DNA from: Candidatus Baldrarchaeum yapensis
GTDB taxonomy: Archaea > Asgardarchaeota > Baldrarchaeia > Baldrarchaeales > Baldrarchaeaceae
Assembly (NCBI GenBank): GCA_016840465.1
Contig: JAEOSH010000011.1
Coordinates: forward strand, 1-32,000
Length of the DNA stretch: 32,000 nt
Direction of reading: 5' to 3'
Shown: positions 22,974-32,000 of the stretch, piece by piece
Numbering within the stretch: position 1 is the first letter of the stretch
How the letters are laid out: each line of letters begins with the position of its first letter
Translations under genes and position numbers: made by a program
The notes under the pieces: generated by a model
Database searches by the model: none
The model's input: the letters and a program-made list of their open reading frames with translations, nothing else
What the model was told of the DNA's origin: nothing

Positions 22974-25022
22974 TTAGGAGACCTTCTTGACGTATCCCTG
23001 TTTTGGCTCAAATATCAATCCGTCCCTACGCAATTTATCAATTGCTTCCTTCACAAATTCCTCGCTTATTCCCTCGCTTTTCGCCCGTTCGATGACTCTT
23101 TCTATCGGAACCGCTCTTCCGAGTTCCATTTCAAGTTCCTCTATTATATCGAGAACTCTGGAGAGTCTGTCACGTTGCGAGCGGCTGTGTCCTGTCATAA
23201 TCAGGTCTATGTCAATCTGTCCGGTTTCTTGGTCGTATCCCACCTGCTTCAGCGATGCCATCATTAACCTTATTGCCTCTTCCGCATCCTCAACTGTTAC
23301 TTTATCACGCAATGCCATCTTTGCATGGGCCTCTGCAAGCCTTATCAGCGACTCTAGTTGCCTAGGTGTGATCGCAACCGGCGAGTTTACCCCTTCACTC
23401 ATCTTCCTTAGTTCTAGATAGAATTGCTCTATCCTCTCTGCTGCTTCCTTTGTCAGCACTGGTTTTATGTGCTTCCTTGCGTACAGTATATATTTCTTTA
23501 ACAGGTCCGGAGGTATTGGCGGTTTTTCTCCTTCCTCCATGTGGAGAGCGAGGATATGCTCAACCATTTGTTTGTCCCGTTCGATGGATGGTCTGTCTGT
23601 GAGAATGAATATCAAATCGAATCGTGATAGAAGTGTAACCGGGAGGTCTATGTTGTCCGCTACGGATCTATAAGGATCATAACGTCCGAGTTTCGGGTTA
23701 GCGGCTGCCAAGATCGCGCATCTGGCGTTTAATGTCGCCACAATTCCTGCCTTTGCAATGCTTATAGTTTGTTGCTCCATTGCTTCGTGTAGTGCTACTC
23801 TATCCTTCTTCTCCATTTTGTCAAACTCGTCTATGCATACGACACCCATGTCCGCTAGAACTAAGGCACCCGCTTCTAGTGCGAGACCTCCTGTCTCACT
23901 ATCCTTTATGACTGCAGCCGTCAAACCCGCGGCGGTCGTTCCCTTGCCCGATGTGTATATTCCTCGTGGCGCGATCGTTGCAACGTATTTGAGCAGTTGA
24001 CTTTTTGCGGTTCCGGGATCACCTATCAACAAAATGTTGCTGTCTCCTCTGATCCTAGTTCCGTCGGGTAAAGTTTTTGGCACTCCTCCAAAAAGCATGA
24101 GGGCTATTGCCTTCTTGACATCCTCATATCCGTATATTGACGGGGCTATTGATCTAACGATTTTCTTATGTATCCACGGATCCTTTGCGAGTTCAAGTAT
24201 CTTCTTCTCGTCTTCTGGCGTTATTTCCATCTCTTCTAGTTCCTTCTCCTGTATCTCTATGTTGTTAACATCAAGATACATCTTAAAGGTCGATGTTCTC
24301 CTCCTCTGCGAAGTTTCGGGCGCTATTCTTAAGATGCCTATTAGTGTCACTCTGTCACCTGGTCTCGCCTTATCGACAAGGTCATCGAGAAGGTACGCGT
24401 CGAGAAATCGTGGAAGTTGCCCTGGCGGGAGATCCTCGGGGCGCTCCTGTATTCTTATTTTCTGCCAGTCTATGAATTTCGATTCCTCAACTATCAAGCG
24501 GAAGGAACCTTTAGATTTGCAGGAAGGGCACTTATCAGGCGTCACCATTTTTCCGATTTCGTTCTGCTCCACTATTACTCGCTCACCGCACTTACATTCG
24601 AAACACCCCCTGACGAGGAGAGGGCGTATTTCACTGGCTCTCGTCAGAATACCATCTATTGCAACGAGTTTCCCGGCATGCTCAGATCTGATCCCTCTGA
24701 GCAGTATCTTTTCGGGAATGTGTGAAAACCTCGCATAGAAGTTCTCGTATTGTTGAGCGTAATCCGGGTCTTCTATCATCAGCACGTTTTTCACGGCTTT
24801 GGAGGCCGCACTTATTCCCTCGTCTGGATTTAATAGGAGCCAATCCGATAACTTAGGGTCGAATGTACAGAGGTCTTCGAAGTTTATGATCACTGACTTT
24901 CCACCAGTTAGCGATAGCCTACGGATTGCCTCTCTATACTTGTACACTCCCTCCTCGCTAACATAATTTTTCAGAAAGTCCTCGAATCTCCCTATCGGAT
25001 CGAAGACTTCGTCTACTTCCAT
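22974..25022 (-). CDS. mcm: Replicative DNA helicase MCM
   Basis: Zn-finger (ECKCG...CPSC), IAPSIYG, GDPGTAKSQ, GLTAAV, IDEFDKM, AAANPKLGRY, LLSRFD, ITPRQLESLIRL, C-terminal wHTH; no intein. Confidence 0.98.
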   Translation of the reverse strand: MEVDEVFDPIGRFEDFLKNYVSEEGVYKYREAIRRLSLTGGKSVIINFEDLCTFDPKLSDWLLLNPDEGISAASKAVKNVLMIEDPDYAQQYENFYARFSHIPEKILLRGIRSEHAGKLVAIDGILTRASEIRPLLVRGCFECKCGERVIVEQNEIGKMVTPDKCPSCKSKGSFRLIVEESKFIDWQKIRIQERPEDLPPGQLPRFLDAYLLDDLVDKARPGDRVTLIGILRIAPETSQRRRTSTFKMYLDVNNIEIQEKELEEMEITPEDEKKILELAKDPWIHKKIVRSIAPSIYGYEDVKKAIALMLFGGVPKTLPDGTRIRGDSNILLIGDPGTAKSQLLKYVATIAPRGIYTSGKGTTAAGLTAAVIKDSETGGLALEAGALVLADMGVVCIDEFDKMEKKDRVALHEAMEQQTISIAKAGIVATLNARCAILAAANPKLGRYDPYRSVADNIDLPVTLLSRFDLIFILTDRPSIERDKQMVEHILALHMEEGEKPPIPPDLLKKYILYARKHIKPVLTKEAAERIEQFYLELRKMSEGVNSPVAITPRQLESLIRLAEAHAKMALRDKVTVEDAEEAIRLMMASLKQVGYDQETGQIDIDLIMTGHSRSQRDRLSRVLDIIEELEMELGRAVPIERVIERAKSEGISEEFVKEAIDKLRRDGLIFEPKQGYVKKVS

Positions 25023-25023
25023 G

Positions 25024-25584
25024 CTACTTCCGCCCCTCCCCTGTTATTTCTTCAATCCACGTCCTTATGATACCTGATAATTTCTCGTACAGTACTTTTT
25101 CCTCCTGAGAAAGAGCGTTCAACTCGGACGGTCTTGGGTTCTGTAATGCAAGTTTTATTATCTTGTTAAGTCGCGCGATCATTATATCTCTCAAGAAGGT
25201 TGCAAGTCTTTCAGATTCACCAGCTGCATGTGGACTTTCTCTTTCACTGGCTTTCATGCTTTCCATTTGCTCGCGCACCGTCAGGTAGAACATCTCTGGA
25301 AGTGGGTTTATTCCCGGCTTCCCTATCTCGGCCCTGAGAATCTTATATAGGTCCACAGATGTAAATTTATCGAGACCCTCTTCTATCCTTGCAATACCCT
25401 CTTGAGAGAGTATCTTTGCAAGCCATAGGTACATTTCGACGGTGTCACCTTTTTTGAATGGACCGATTTTATCCTCTCCGAGGTCGATTTCGGGGAAATC
25501 CCTTAGAAACATAACCTTGACCTTCTTGTGCAAGAACTCGAAGGCCAACCTTCTGAGAGCGGCACGCTCATCGGCTAATATCAT
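25024..25584 (-). CDS. gins23: GINS complex subunit Gins23 (Psf2/Psf3-like, B-A domain order)
   Basis: N-terminal beta domain (VKVMFLRDFPEI...GPFKKGDTVEMYLWLAKIL) then helical domain (LPEMFY, RLNKII, LSQEEKVLY); 1 nt upstream of mcm. Confidence 0.85.
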   Translation of the reverse strand: MILADERAALRRLAFEFLHKKVKVMFLRDFPEIDLGEDKIGPFKKGDTVEMYLWLAKILSQEGIARIEEGLDKFTSVDLYKILRAEIGKPGINPLPEMFYLTVREQMESMKASERESPHAAGESERLATFLRDIMIARLNKIIKLALQNPRPSELNALSQEEKVLYEKLSGIIRTWIEEITGEGRK

Positions 25585-25740
25585 CGATCATCCCTTCAAA
25601 CTTAGGCGTTCATGGTATTTGAGGGTTGCCTATCATATACAATTTAGTACCAAGACTTTGAAGTCGTGACCAGTATTTTAAGTGGCGTGTGTATCTGGTA
25701 TAATTGTCGATTTGAGCAGATTGATGGAGGGATCACAAGT

Positions 25741-26268
25741 ATGCCACTAATCCCCTTTAATGGTAGAAGGCCAAGAGTCGATGCGACCGCATACGTTTCG
25801 GATCGAGCAGTGCTTATAGGAGACGTAATGGTTGGCAAGTACTCGAACATTTGGGAGTACGCCGTGTTAAGAGCAGATTTTGATAGAATAGAGATAGGAC
25901 GTTACGTAAGTGTTCAGGATAATGTAACATTGCACGCAGCTACGGGGCATCCGACCGTTGTGGGAGATTACGTGGTTATAGGGCATAATGCTGTCGTCCA
26001 CGCATGTAAGGTTGGTAATTACGTATTAATCGGAATGGGAGCACGAGTGTGCACAGGAGCCATTATCGAGGATAACGTAATAATTGGCGCAGGGGCCGTT
26101 GTTCCAGAGGGCATGCGAGTGCCTTCAAACTCGCTGGTGGTAGGGATCCCAGCGAGAGTGGTCAGAGAACTGAAGGAAAGTGATATCAGGAGAATAGAAA
26201 TCGGAGCCAAGATGTACGCAGAGCTTGGTCAAAAATATAAAAGATTGCTCACACGGGAATCATTCTAG
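25741..26268 (+). CDS. Gamma-class carbonic anhydrase family protein (hexapeptide-repeat, YrdA/CaiE/Cam-like)
   Basis: VLIGDVMVG, AVLRAD, VQDNVTLH, IGHNAVVH (three metal-binding His), IGAGAVV, VVGIPARVVR. Probable start ATG 25741 after GGAGGG. Confidence 0.93.
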   Translation: MPLIPFNGRRPRVDATAYVSDRAVLIGDVMVGKYSNIWEYAVLRADFDRIEIGRYVSVQDNVTLHAATGHPTVVGDYVVIGHNAVVHACKVGNYVLIGMGARVCTGAIIEDNVIIGAGAVVPEGMRVPSNSLVVGIPARVVRELKESDIRRIEIGAKMYAELGQKYKRLLTRESF

Positions 26269-29145
26269 CAAACAACTCGTTCTTTTGCATCCACCGGCGC
26301 TTTCTGCGTCGAGCAGTGGTATTTTGTCTTTATATTTGGATAGTATTTCGATAGTGCGTCTCTCTATTGGTTCGACTCCTCCGAAGAAGATCACCTGCGT
26401 TTTCTTACTTTTATCTCTATACACGGTTATTCCCTTACATTTGAGCTTCCAAGCCAACATGAAAACCTTTGCGACGGTTTCTGGAGGTTCGTCATGGCGG
26501 AGGTTCACAGTCTTAGAAACCGCATTGTCGACGTATTTCTGAAAGGCAGCCTGCATTCTAACGTGCCATTCCGGATCTATGTCATGCGCAGTTTTAAATA
26601 TTCTCTGAACATCTTCTGGGACATCTTCAAGTCCCTGTACACTTCCGTAATTTTCAACGATTTTAAGTAGGAGTTCTTTACTATAGAACCCGCGCTTTTT
26701 GGCAACTTCTTCGAATAGCGGATTTATTTCTATCATACCCCCTAGTATGTTGCGAACAAACACTATGGCGAACAATGGTTCTATGCCACTGGATGCACCT
26801 GCAATTATGCTTATCGATCCTGTCGGGGCAATCGTCGTCACGGTTGCATTTCTCATATATCTATAGCCTAGTTTCTCCCAGAGACTCCCGGGGAAGGCCG
26901 GAAAGTTTCCCCGCTCCTCACCAAGTTTCACACTCGCGTTTCGCGCAGTTTCTGTGATGAATTTCATAACTTTCTCAGCAAGAGATAATGCTTCCTCGGA
27001 GTCATACGGTATTCCCAGTTTTATAAGCATATCCGCCCAGCCCATCACTCCTAGCCCTATTTTTCTTGTCCTTAGGGTTGCGATTTCTATCTGCCTGATC
27101 GGAAACCTGTTGACATCTATGACGTTATCTAAGAACCTCACCGCAAGTTCAACCACGTATTTCATTCTCTCCCAGTTTATGCGTGGTCTTCCCTTTCCGT
27201 CGACCTCCACAAACTTCCCAAGGTTTATACTTCCCAAGTTGCAGGACTCCCACGGAAGTAGTGGCTGCTCCCCACAGTTGTGAACATAGAACCCATTCGC
27301 GTCAAACGCATTCAATCCGAGAATTCTTACGTCATAGACTCTCTCCTCACCGCAGGGGGCAACCTCTTCAACTGTTGCCAAGAAGAGTTCCCGCTTAGGA
27401 TTATATCTGTTGCACTTTACTGCGTTCTCCAGAATTTTCATCTTTTCTTTACTTCCAAAGCCTACCCTTTGGTAGAAGTAAAGCACGTTGTCATCTGTTA
27501 TCGTCAACTCGTATCTGTCCGCTCGTCCGTTTCCTCCGTCGATTGCACGTATTCTGGAGAATATTCCGAATCTTAGAAGGATCCTCTGTACGGCTTTGAG
27601 AAGATCAAGATCATGCTCGGATAATCTAATAGTGACGCTGCCTGACTCGTTTCTTTCCACCAATCCGTTTACGTCAAACAATCCCCTTAAGAGGCCCTTG
27701 CAGAACTCCGATGATGCCTTTTCCATTGCCTCAGTTATTACTCTCTTGCACGTCCTTAATCCAAGTTCCTCCATTATTACTGTGACGTATGAAGGATGAT
27801 TCTGAGATTCTTCCTCGACTATCTGTGCACAGTTGGCGAGAATCTTCCCTACCAGGTAACCATCTTCCACTGAGTATTTTCCGTTCCATCCATTGAGGTT
27901 CCTGTGGTTATTCATGAGGATCTTGTCACCAGGTTTTAGATCTCCAGCTTTGACCCATTCCACTTCGATTCCACGTCTGCCAACTCTTTTTACTCTAAGA
28001 ACCGGATGATCCTTTGTCAGGCGCAGTTCGAATCCCTCTTTGGTTTTAAGCATATAGACCTTCTTTACTCCCGTTGCGAAGAAGCCTTCATCGCCTGACG
28101 GCCATTTTTCGCCATTAACAATCGCAGTAAATCTCCTTCCGATCAGGTCTTTAACCATCCTGGGACCTTCATCTGTCATTATCCACGTATCTGCTGTTAT
28201 GCAGGGGTTTGTCGCTTCTATTTTTCCCAAATGTGAAACGGGGTGCTTTCTGTTGATCTCATCTATAAATATGAGTCCGGGGTCTCCCGTTTTCCATGCG
28301 CACTCTACCATTAGGTTAAATATGTATCTGGCGCGCACCTTCCTTACTTTCTCGCCCGTTCTCGGGTTTATTAACCAGTATTCGCCGTCCTCCTCAACTG
28401 CTCTCATGAAGTCATCAGTAACCGCGACACTTAAGTTGAAGTTCTGGAACTCCCCCTCCTTTTCCTTTGCTCTTACGAATTTCTCGATATCCGGGTGGTC
28501 TACTCTTAATACTCCCATATTTGCTCCTCTTCTCCTCCCACCCTGCTTTATGACCTCCGTGGCCACGTCAAAGATCTTCATGAAACTCACAGGGCCGCTT
28601 GCAACACCCGCGGTGCTTCTAACAATGTCGCCTTCAGGTCTTAGCTTTGAAAACGAGAAACCCGTACCTCCTCCCGTTTTATGAATTAATGCAGCATATT
28701 TTACTGCGTCGAATATTGATTCGAGATCATCCTCTATCGGTATAACAAAGCACGCTGATAACTGTCCTATGTCAGTTCCCGCGTTCATGAGGGTCGGGGA
28801 ATTTGGTAGGAATTCCAAATTAGACATGATCTCGTAAAAGGCCTTTGCCCACCTCTCCACTTCACGTTCGGTCGCTCCGTATTTTCGCTCTGCCCTCGCA
28901 ACGTGTCTTGCGACTCTCCAAAACATCTCTTGTGGGGTTTCTATGATTCTCCCGCTAACGTCCTTGAGGAGATACCTATTTTCCAGAACCCTTAACGCGT
29001 TTAACGAAAACTGTAGATCCTTGGGATTGATGGGCTGATCTCCCTTACCCGCCTGTTCGTAGATTCTCCTGAGTACCTCTAGCTTCATTTCCTCTAACTC
29101 TTCCCGCGTGAATATATGAACCCTGATATTGCCACTTTCCGTCAT
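26260..29145 (-). CDS. nrdJ: Class II (adenosylcobalamin-dependent) ribonucleotide reductase, intein-containing precursor
   Basis: [92 protein letters not shown]-terminal CKRTSC. ORF is open to 29166; ATG 29145 after GTGGT is the likelier start. Confidence 0.93.
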   Translation of the reverse strand: MTESGNIRVHIFTREELEEMKLEVLRRIYEQAGKGDQPINPKDLQFSLNALRVLENRYLLKDVSGRIIETPQEMFWRVARHVARAERKYGATEREVERWAKAFYEIMSNLEFLPNSPTLMNAGTDIGQLSACFVIPIEDDLESIFDAVKYAALIHKTGGGTGFSFSKLRPEGDIVRSTAGVASGPVSFMKIFDVATEVIKQGGRRRGANMGVLRVDHPDIEKFVRAKEKEGEFQNFNLSVAVTDDFMRAVEEDGEYWLINPRTGEKVRKVRARYIFNLMVECAWKTGDPGLIFIDEINRKHPVSHLGKIEATNPCITADTWIMTDEGPRMVKDLIGRRFTAIVNGEKWPSGDEGFFATGVKKVYMLKTKEGFELRLTKDHPVLRVKRVGRRGIEVEWVKAGDLKPGDKILMNNHRNLNGWNGKYSVEDGYLVGKILANCAQIVEEESQNHPSYVTVIMEELGLRTCKRVITEAMEKASSEFCKGLLRGLFDVNGLVERNESGSVTIRLSEHDLDLLKAVQRILLRFGIFSRIRAIDGGNGRADRYELTITDDNVLYFYQRVGFGSKEKMKILENAVKCNRYNPKRELFLATVEEVAPCGEERVYDVRILGLNAFDANGFYVHNCGEQPLLPWESCNLGSINLGKFVEVDGKGRPRINWERMKYVVELAVRFLDNVIDVNRFPIRQIEIATLRTRKIGLGVMGWADMLIKLGIPYDSEEALSLAEKVMKFITETARNASVKLGEERGNFPAFPGSLWEKLGYRYMRNATVTTIAPTGSISIIAGASSGIEPLFAIVFVRNILGGMIEINPLFEEVAKKRGFYSKELLLKIVENYGSVQGLEDVPEDVQRIFKTAHDIDPEWHVRMQAAFQKYVDNAVSKTVNLRHDEPPETVAKVFMLAWKLKCKGITVYRDKSKKTQVIFFGGVEPIERRTIEILSKYKDKIPLLDAESAGGCKRTSCLLE
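27277..28203 (-). mobile_element. Intein (309 aa) with a degenerate LAGLIDADG homing endonuclease, inserted at NP/CGEQ of the reductase
   Basis: Begins CITADT (Cys1 codon 28203-28201), block [17 protein letters not shown]-like YLVGKILAN and [10 protein letters not shown], block F VYDV, ends VHN before extein Cys+1. Confidence 0.95.
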
Positions 29146-29395
29146 AATTACCACTTCTATGTACACCTAAGAATGTGGACATTTTAGTTTTTGGTATCAG
29201 CGAACTCCTCCATTCCTCATAATACCTGTCCTTCGGCAACTATTCAACGATGCATTGCCTAGATGATTAGTGGGTCATCGAAACTTTTTGACGCCGAAAC
29301 GGGGCGGAAGACTCCATTATAGAAATCGAGAAATAATGCGCAGCAGATGTCCCGTATGGAAATATGCCAAGAGCAAGATGACGAGATGATAGAGC

Positions 29396-30169
29396 ATGTC
29401 GCCGGTCTGTGAGATCGTCGACGTACATTGCCATTTCGATGATTACATAGAGGCAGGAAGGGCTAAGGAGATCATAAAGGCTGCGCGGGAAGTCGGTGTA
29501 ATAAAAATAATAGGCGTCGCATATGATGTCCCCAGTAATGAAAAGCTCCTCAAGTATATAGACATCTTTGAAGAGTTAGAATGTTGTTTGGGAATACATC
29601 CATGGGAGAGTTGGAAAGTGCCTGATAGCGAGGTTCGTCTAGTATTGGATCTCTTAGAGAGTAATTCTGAGAAGGTGGTAGGTGTAGGAGAAGTGGGGCT
29701 AGATTTCAGATTTGTACGAGGAGAGGAAAGGTGGAAACGCCAGCGGGAAGTGTTTGAATTGTTTGCAAAGACAGCTGCTGATCTCGACCTTCCAATGAAT
29801 GTTCATGCAATTAAGTCCGAGAATATCGTTTTGGAGATCCTGAGAAAGCATGACGTTGGTAGAGCTGTATTCCACTGGTACTCTGGATCTTTGACCCTAC
29901 TAGAGGAGTTGCTCGAACTCGGCTATTACGTTTCTACGAACCCCTCCATACTGTACTCACAGCGTTCTAGGAAGGTCGTTGAGATCACGCCCCTTGATAG
30001 ATTACTTGTGGAGTCGGACAGCCCATACAGGTTCGGCGACTTGGATGCTGACCCGCAACATGTAAGGCTGGTCGTGGAGGAAGTAGCAAAAATAAAAAAC
30101 ACCCCCCTTGAGAATGTATGTCGTGCAACGACGCTTAACGCCTATAGACTGTTTAATATAAGGAGGTAG
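29396..30169 (+). CDS. tatD: TatD family metal-dependent hydrolase/DNase
   Basis: DVHCH, GIHPW, GEVGLD, PMNVH, FHWYSG, LLVESD. Confidence 0.93.
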   Translation: MSPVCEIVDVHCHFDDYIEAGRAKEIIKAAREVGVIKIIGVAYDVPSNEKLLKYIDIFEELECCLGIHPWESWKVPDSEVRLVLDLLESNSEKVVGVGEVGLDFRFVRGEERWKRQREVFELFAKTAADLDLPMNVHAIKSENIVLEILRKHDVGRAVFHWYSGSLTLLEELLELGYYVSTNPSILYSQRSRKVVEITPLDRLLVESDSPYRFGDLDADPQHVRLVVEEVAKIKNTPLENVCRATTLNAYRLFNIRR

Positions 30170-30174
30170 TCGTT

Positions 30175-30582
30175 ATGAGCGAGAGAAAAAGACCCGTATT
30201 GACGGTTGATGCAATAATAAGGCTTGAAGACGGAAGAATCGTGCTAATAAAGAGGAAGAATCCTCCGTTTGAGGGATGGTGGGCGCTACCTGGTGGAATT
30301 GTCGAATATGGCGAGAGAGTTGAAGACGCCGTCAAGAGAGAGGCATGGGAAGAAACCGGCATCGACATAAAAATAGAGAAGCTTGTTGGAATATATTCGG
30401 ATCCGAACAGAGACCCTAGAGGCCATTTCATATCTATCTGTTACCTGTGTAGCGGGCGTAGTGAGCAAATGCGTGCAGCAACCGATGCTGCAGAGGTAGC
30501 CGCCTTCCACCCGGATGAAATAAAGAAATTGAAGTTGGCATTTGACCACAGGAAGATGCTGAAAGATGCCGGAATAATATGA
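30175..30582 (+). CDS. Nudix hydrolase (ADP-ribose pyrophosphatase-like)
   Basis: Nudix box GGIVEYGERVEDAVKREAWEETG; YSDPNRDPRGH; LAFDH; GGAGGT SD. Confidence 0.93.
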   Translation: MSERKRPVLTVDAIIRLEDGRIVLIKRKNPPFEGWWALPGGIVEYGERVEDAVKREAWEETGIDIKIEKLVGIYSDPNRDPRGHFISICYLCSGRSEQMRAATDAAEVAAFHPDEIKKLKLAFDHRKMLKDAGII

Positions 30583-30606
30583 ACTTAGTACAAGTAAGCA
30601 TTTCAA

Positions 30607-31347
30607 TTATAGAACTATGCGCATCTGGTCGTAGGCCACTAACACAGAGCCCAAGAACTTTTCTTCTGCCTGCTTGAGAAATTTCTTTTCCATATCCTGA
30701 AACTCAGGTGGTATGTGGAAAAGTATCAGAGAAGAAGATCCGCTCTCCTTGGCAATCCACGCTGCATCTTGGGGAGTGGAGTGTCCGAATTTTATTGCGG
30801 TTTCACGTAACTCGTTTGGAAATGTTGTTTCGTGAATCAGAAGAGTACTTTTCTCGGCAAGAGTTATTAGGTCCGCGCACGGCCGCGTGTCGGAAGAGTA
30901 CGTCACAGATTTTTCCTTGCTCACTCTCAGTGCCAATGTGAATATCGTGTGATCTACCGGATATGTCCTTAAATCTCCCTCCTTGAACTCTCCTTCTATC
31001 TCGATGAACTCTATTTCGAAAAGAAAACTATCAATGGGCGTATTCACTATCTGCAAAAGCTTGTGGATTGCATCTTTAATCCCGGTCGGCCCGTAAATTT
31101 TCAGCTTAGATGTACGCCGCCCGAGCCAAAACGTCCATAATAATGTTACTATCCCAGAGATGTGGTCGGCATGAACATGTGATATGAAGACCCTCTCTAT
31201 GTCGTCCGGCTTCAGGTTGAGAGATAACAACCTCTGCGTTGCACCCTCACCACAGTCTATCAGTAACTCTTTATCGAGAAGTATTGCTGGGCATGCCCTG
31301 TCCTTCGAGGGATAACTTCCTGAGGTTCCTAGGAAGACTATTTCCAC
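30607..31347 (-). CDS. RNase Z / ElaC-like metallo-beta-lactamase-fold hydrolase lacking the flexible arm
   Basis: FLGTSG, LIDCGEG, SHVHADH, YSSDT, LIHETTF, GHST, LFHI; GTG start after GAGGTGG. Confidence 0.85.
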   Translation of the reverse strand: MEIVFLGTSGSYPSKDRACPAILLDKELLIDCGEGATQRLLSLNLKPDDIERVFISHVHADHISGIVTLLWTFWLGRRTSKLKIYGPTGIKDAIHKLLQIVNTPIDSFLFEIEFIEIEGEFKEGDLRTYPVDHTIFTLALRVSKEKSVTYSSDTRPCADLITLAEKSTLLIHETTFPNELRETAIKFGHSTPQDAAWIAKESGSSSLILFHIPPEFQDMEKKFLKQAEEKFLGSVLVAYDQMRIVL

Positions 31348-31425
31348 GCGACCACCTCATTGCGGCTTCTATTTTAATACCCTCGCGACAAAGTTATTCT
31401 TAGCATAGAGCAAGAGAGTGAAAAC

Positions 31426-32000
31426 ATGGTTAAAAAATTGCTGATCGTAGGGTTTAATGCGCGTCCCGTGGCGAAGTCTGCAAAGCTTTCGGGATACTCA
31501 ACAATAGTAATTGATTACTGGGGAGATGTCGATTTAATACCAGTAGCTGATCACTTTCTCGCAGTTACCCGATGTTTCGATGAAAATCGTATCTCGGAAA
31601 CTCCCACGAAGGAGTTGTTCTTGGAGTTGGCCGAGAGAGCTGTAAAAATGTGGGGACCCGTCGATGCAATATTAATATGTAGCGGGTTCGACGACTTTCC
31701 GGAAATATGGAAGCAATTGAGCGAATTAGCACCAATTTGTGGCAATGATCCGAAGATCCTAGAAAAAGCAAGAAATGTGAAAAACCTGTTTGATGAGGCT
31801 CGAAAGGCTGGTGCTTATTTTCCAAAAACCTATTATGCTGCAGAGCCTGATGATGTGTTAAAAATTCGGGAAAAGATAGATTTTCCTTTCGTCATAAAGC
31901 CTAAGACCGGAGGAGGTGGGATAGGTATCAGGCTAATTCGCTCAGAGAAGGATCTTGATAGGGTATTCTCAATATGGAAGGAAAAGTACCCAAATGGAGC
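31426..32000 (+). CDS. ATP-grasp fold protein (predicted carboligase), 3' truncated by the window edge
   Basis: Absent from the ORF track. I translated an open frame from ATG 31426 to the window end: MVKKLLIVGFNARPVAKSAK...IDYWGDVDL...FPFVIKPKTGGGGIGI (ATP-grasp VIKP..GGGG.G motif). Confidence 0.85.
   Translation, partial: MVKKLLIVGFNARPVAKSAKLSGYSTIVIDYWGDVDLIPVADHFLAVTRCFDENRISETPTKELFLELAERAVKMWGPVDAILICSGFDDFPEIWKQLSELAPICGNDPKILEKARNVKNLFDEARKAGAYFPKTYYAAEPDDVLKIREKIDFPFVIKPKTGGGGIGIRLIRSEKDLDRVFSIWKEKYPNG

Noticed and set aside
22749-24738. Long plus-strand ORFs (172, 144 and 234 aa and others) opposite hel308/mcm
   Set aside because: Ser/Ile-rich antisense frames typical of strongly coding opposite strands; no motifs. 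The same applies to other shadow ORFs across the window.
25654-25665. Palindrome GACTT-TG-AAGTC in the gins23/gamma-CA divergent gap, considered as an operator or origin element
   Set aside because: Single 12-bp occurrence; no ORB-like repeats or cdc6/orc1 gene nearby, so no support for a replication origin.
29230-29315. Fragments resembling cobalamin-riboswitch words (GGCAACT, GGAAGACTCC) near the B12-dependent RNR
   Set aside because: They are on the strand opposite the RNR, and the core riboswitch helices are absent.
1-32000. CRISPR arrays, IS elements/transposases, tRNA/rRNA genes, selenocysteine or pyrrolysine read-through
   Set aside because: No regularly spaced repeats, terminal inverted repeats, transposase motifs, cloverleaves or interrupted conserved domains seen by eye.

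Overview
Gene-dense archaeal chromosomal window. Evidence for an archaeon: gins23-mcm, hel308, archaeal-type CoaBC/uS7/PAC2 and GGTGA-type Shine-Dalgarno sites. A stand-alone Roadblock/LC7 gene and large N-glycosylation-rich surface proteins suggest an Asgard or related TACK lineage, and the E/K/R/I-rich proteins suggest a thermophile (both inference). Housekeeping content: coaBC, speD-like decarboxylase, rps7, purB, hel308, mcm, gins23, gamma-carbonic anhydrase family, class II ribonucleotide reductase with a decaying LAGLIDADG intein at its active-site Cys, TatD, Nudix, an arm-less RNase Z-like MBL hydrolase and a partial ATP-grasp gene. The most unusual part is a tightly packed 12.5 kb minus-strand run (18553 to 6015): PAC2, a 92-aa orphan, a 1209-aa surface transglutaminase-fold protein whose catalytic Cys is replaced by Ser, DUF4350, MoxR, DUF58/VWA, a polytopic membrane protein, a membrane-anchored HerA/VirB4-like protein with degenerate Walker motifs, and rps7 removed from its usual neighbours. 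Also found: an unannotated box C/D guide RNA candidate (18844-18904) complementary to a conserved 16S rRNA segment, overlapping upstream ORFs before speD, and a mosaic gingipain-like surface protease. No tRNA, rRNA, CRISPR array or transposase was seen. All family assignments come from motif recognition by eye, not database searches.
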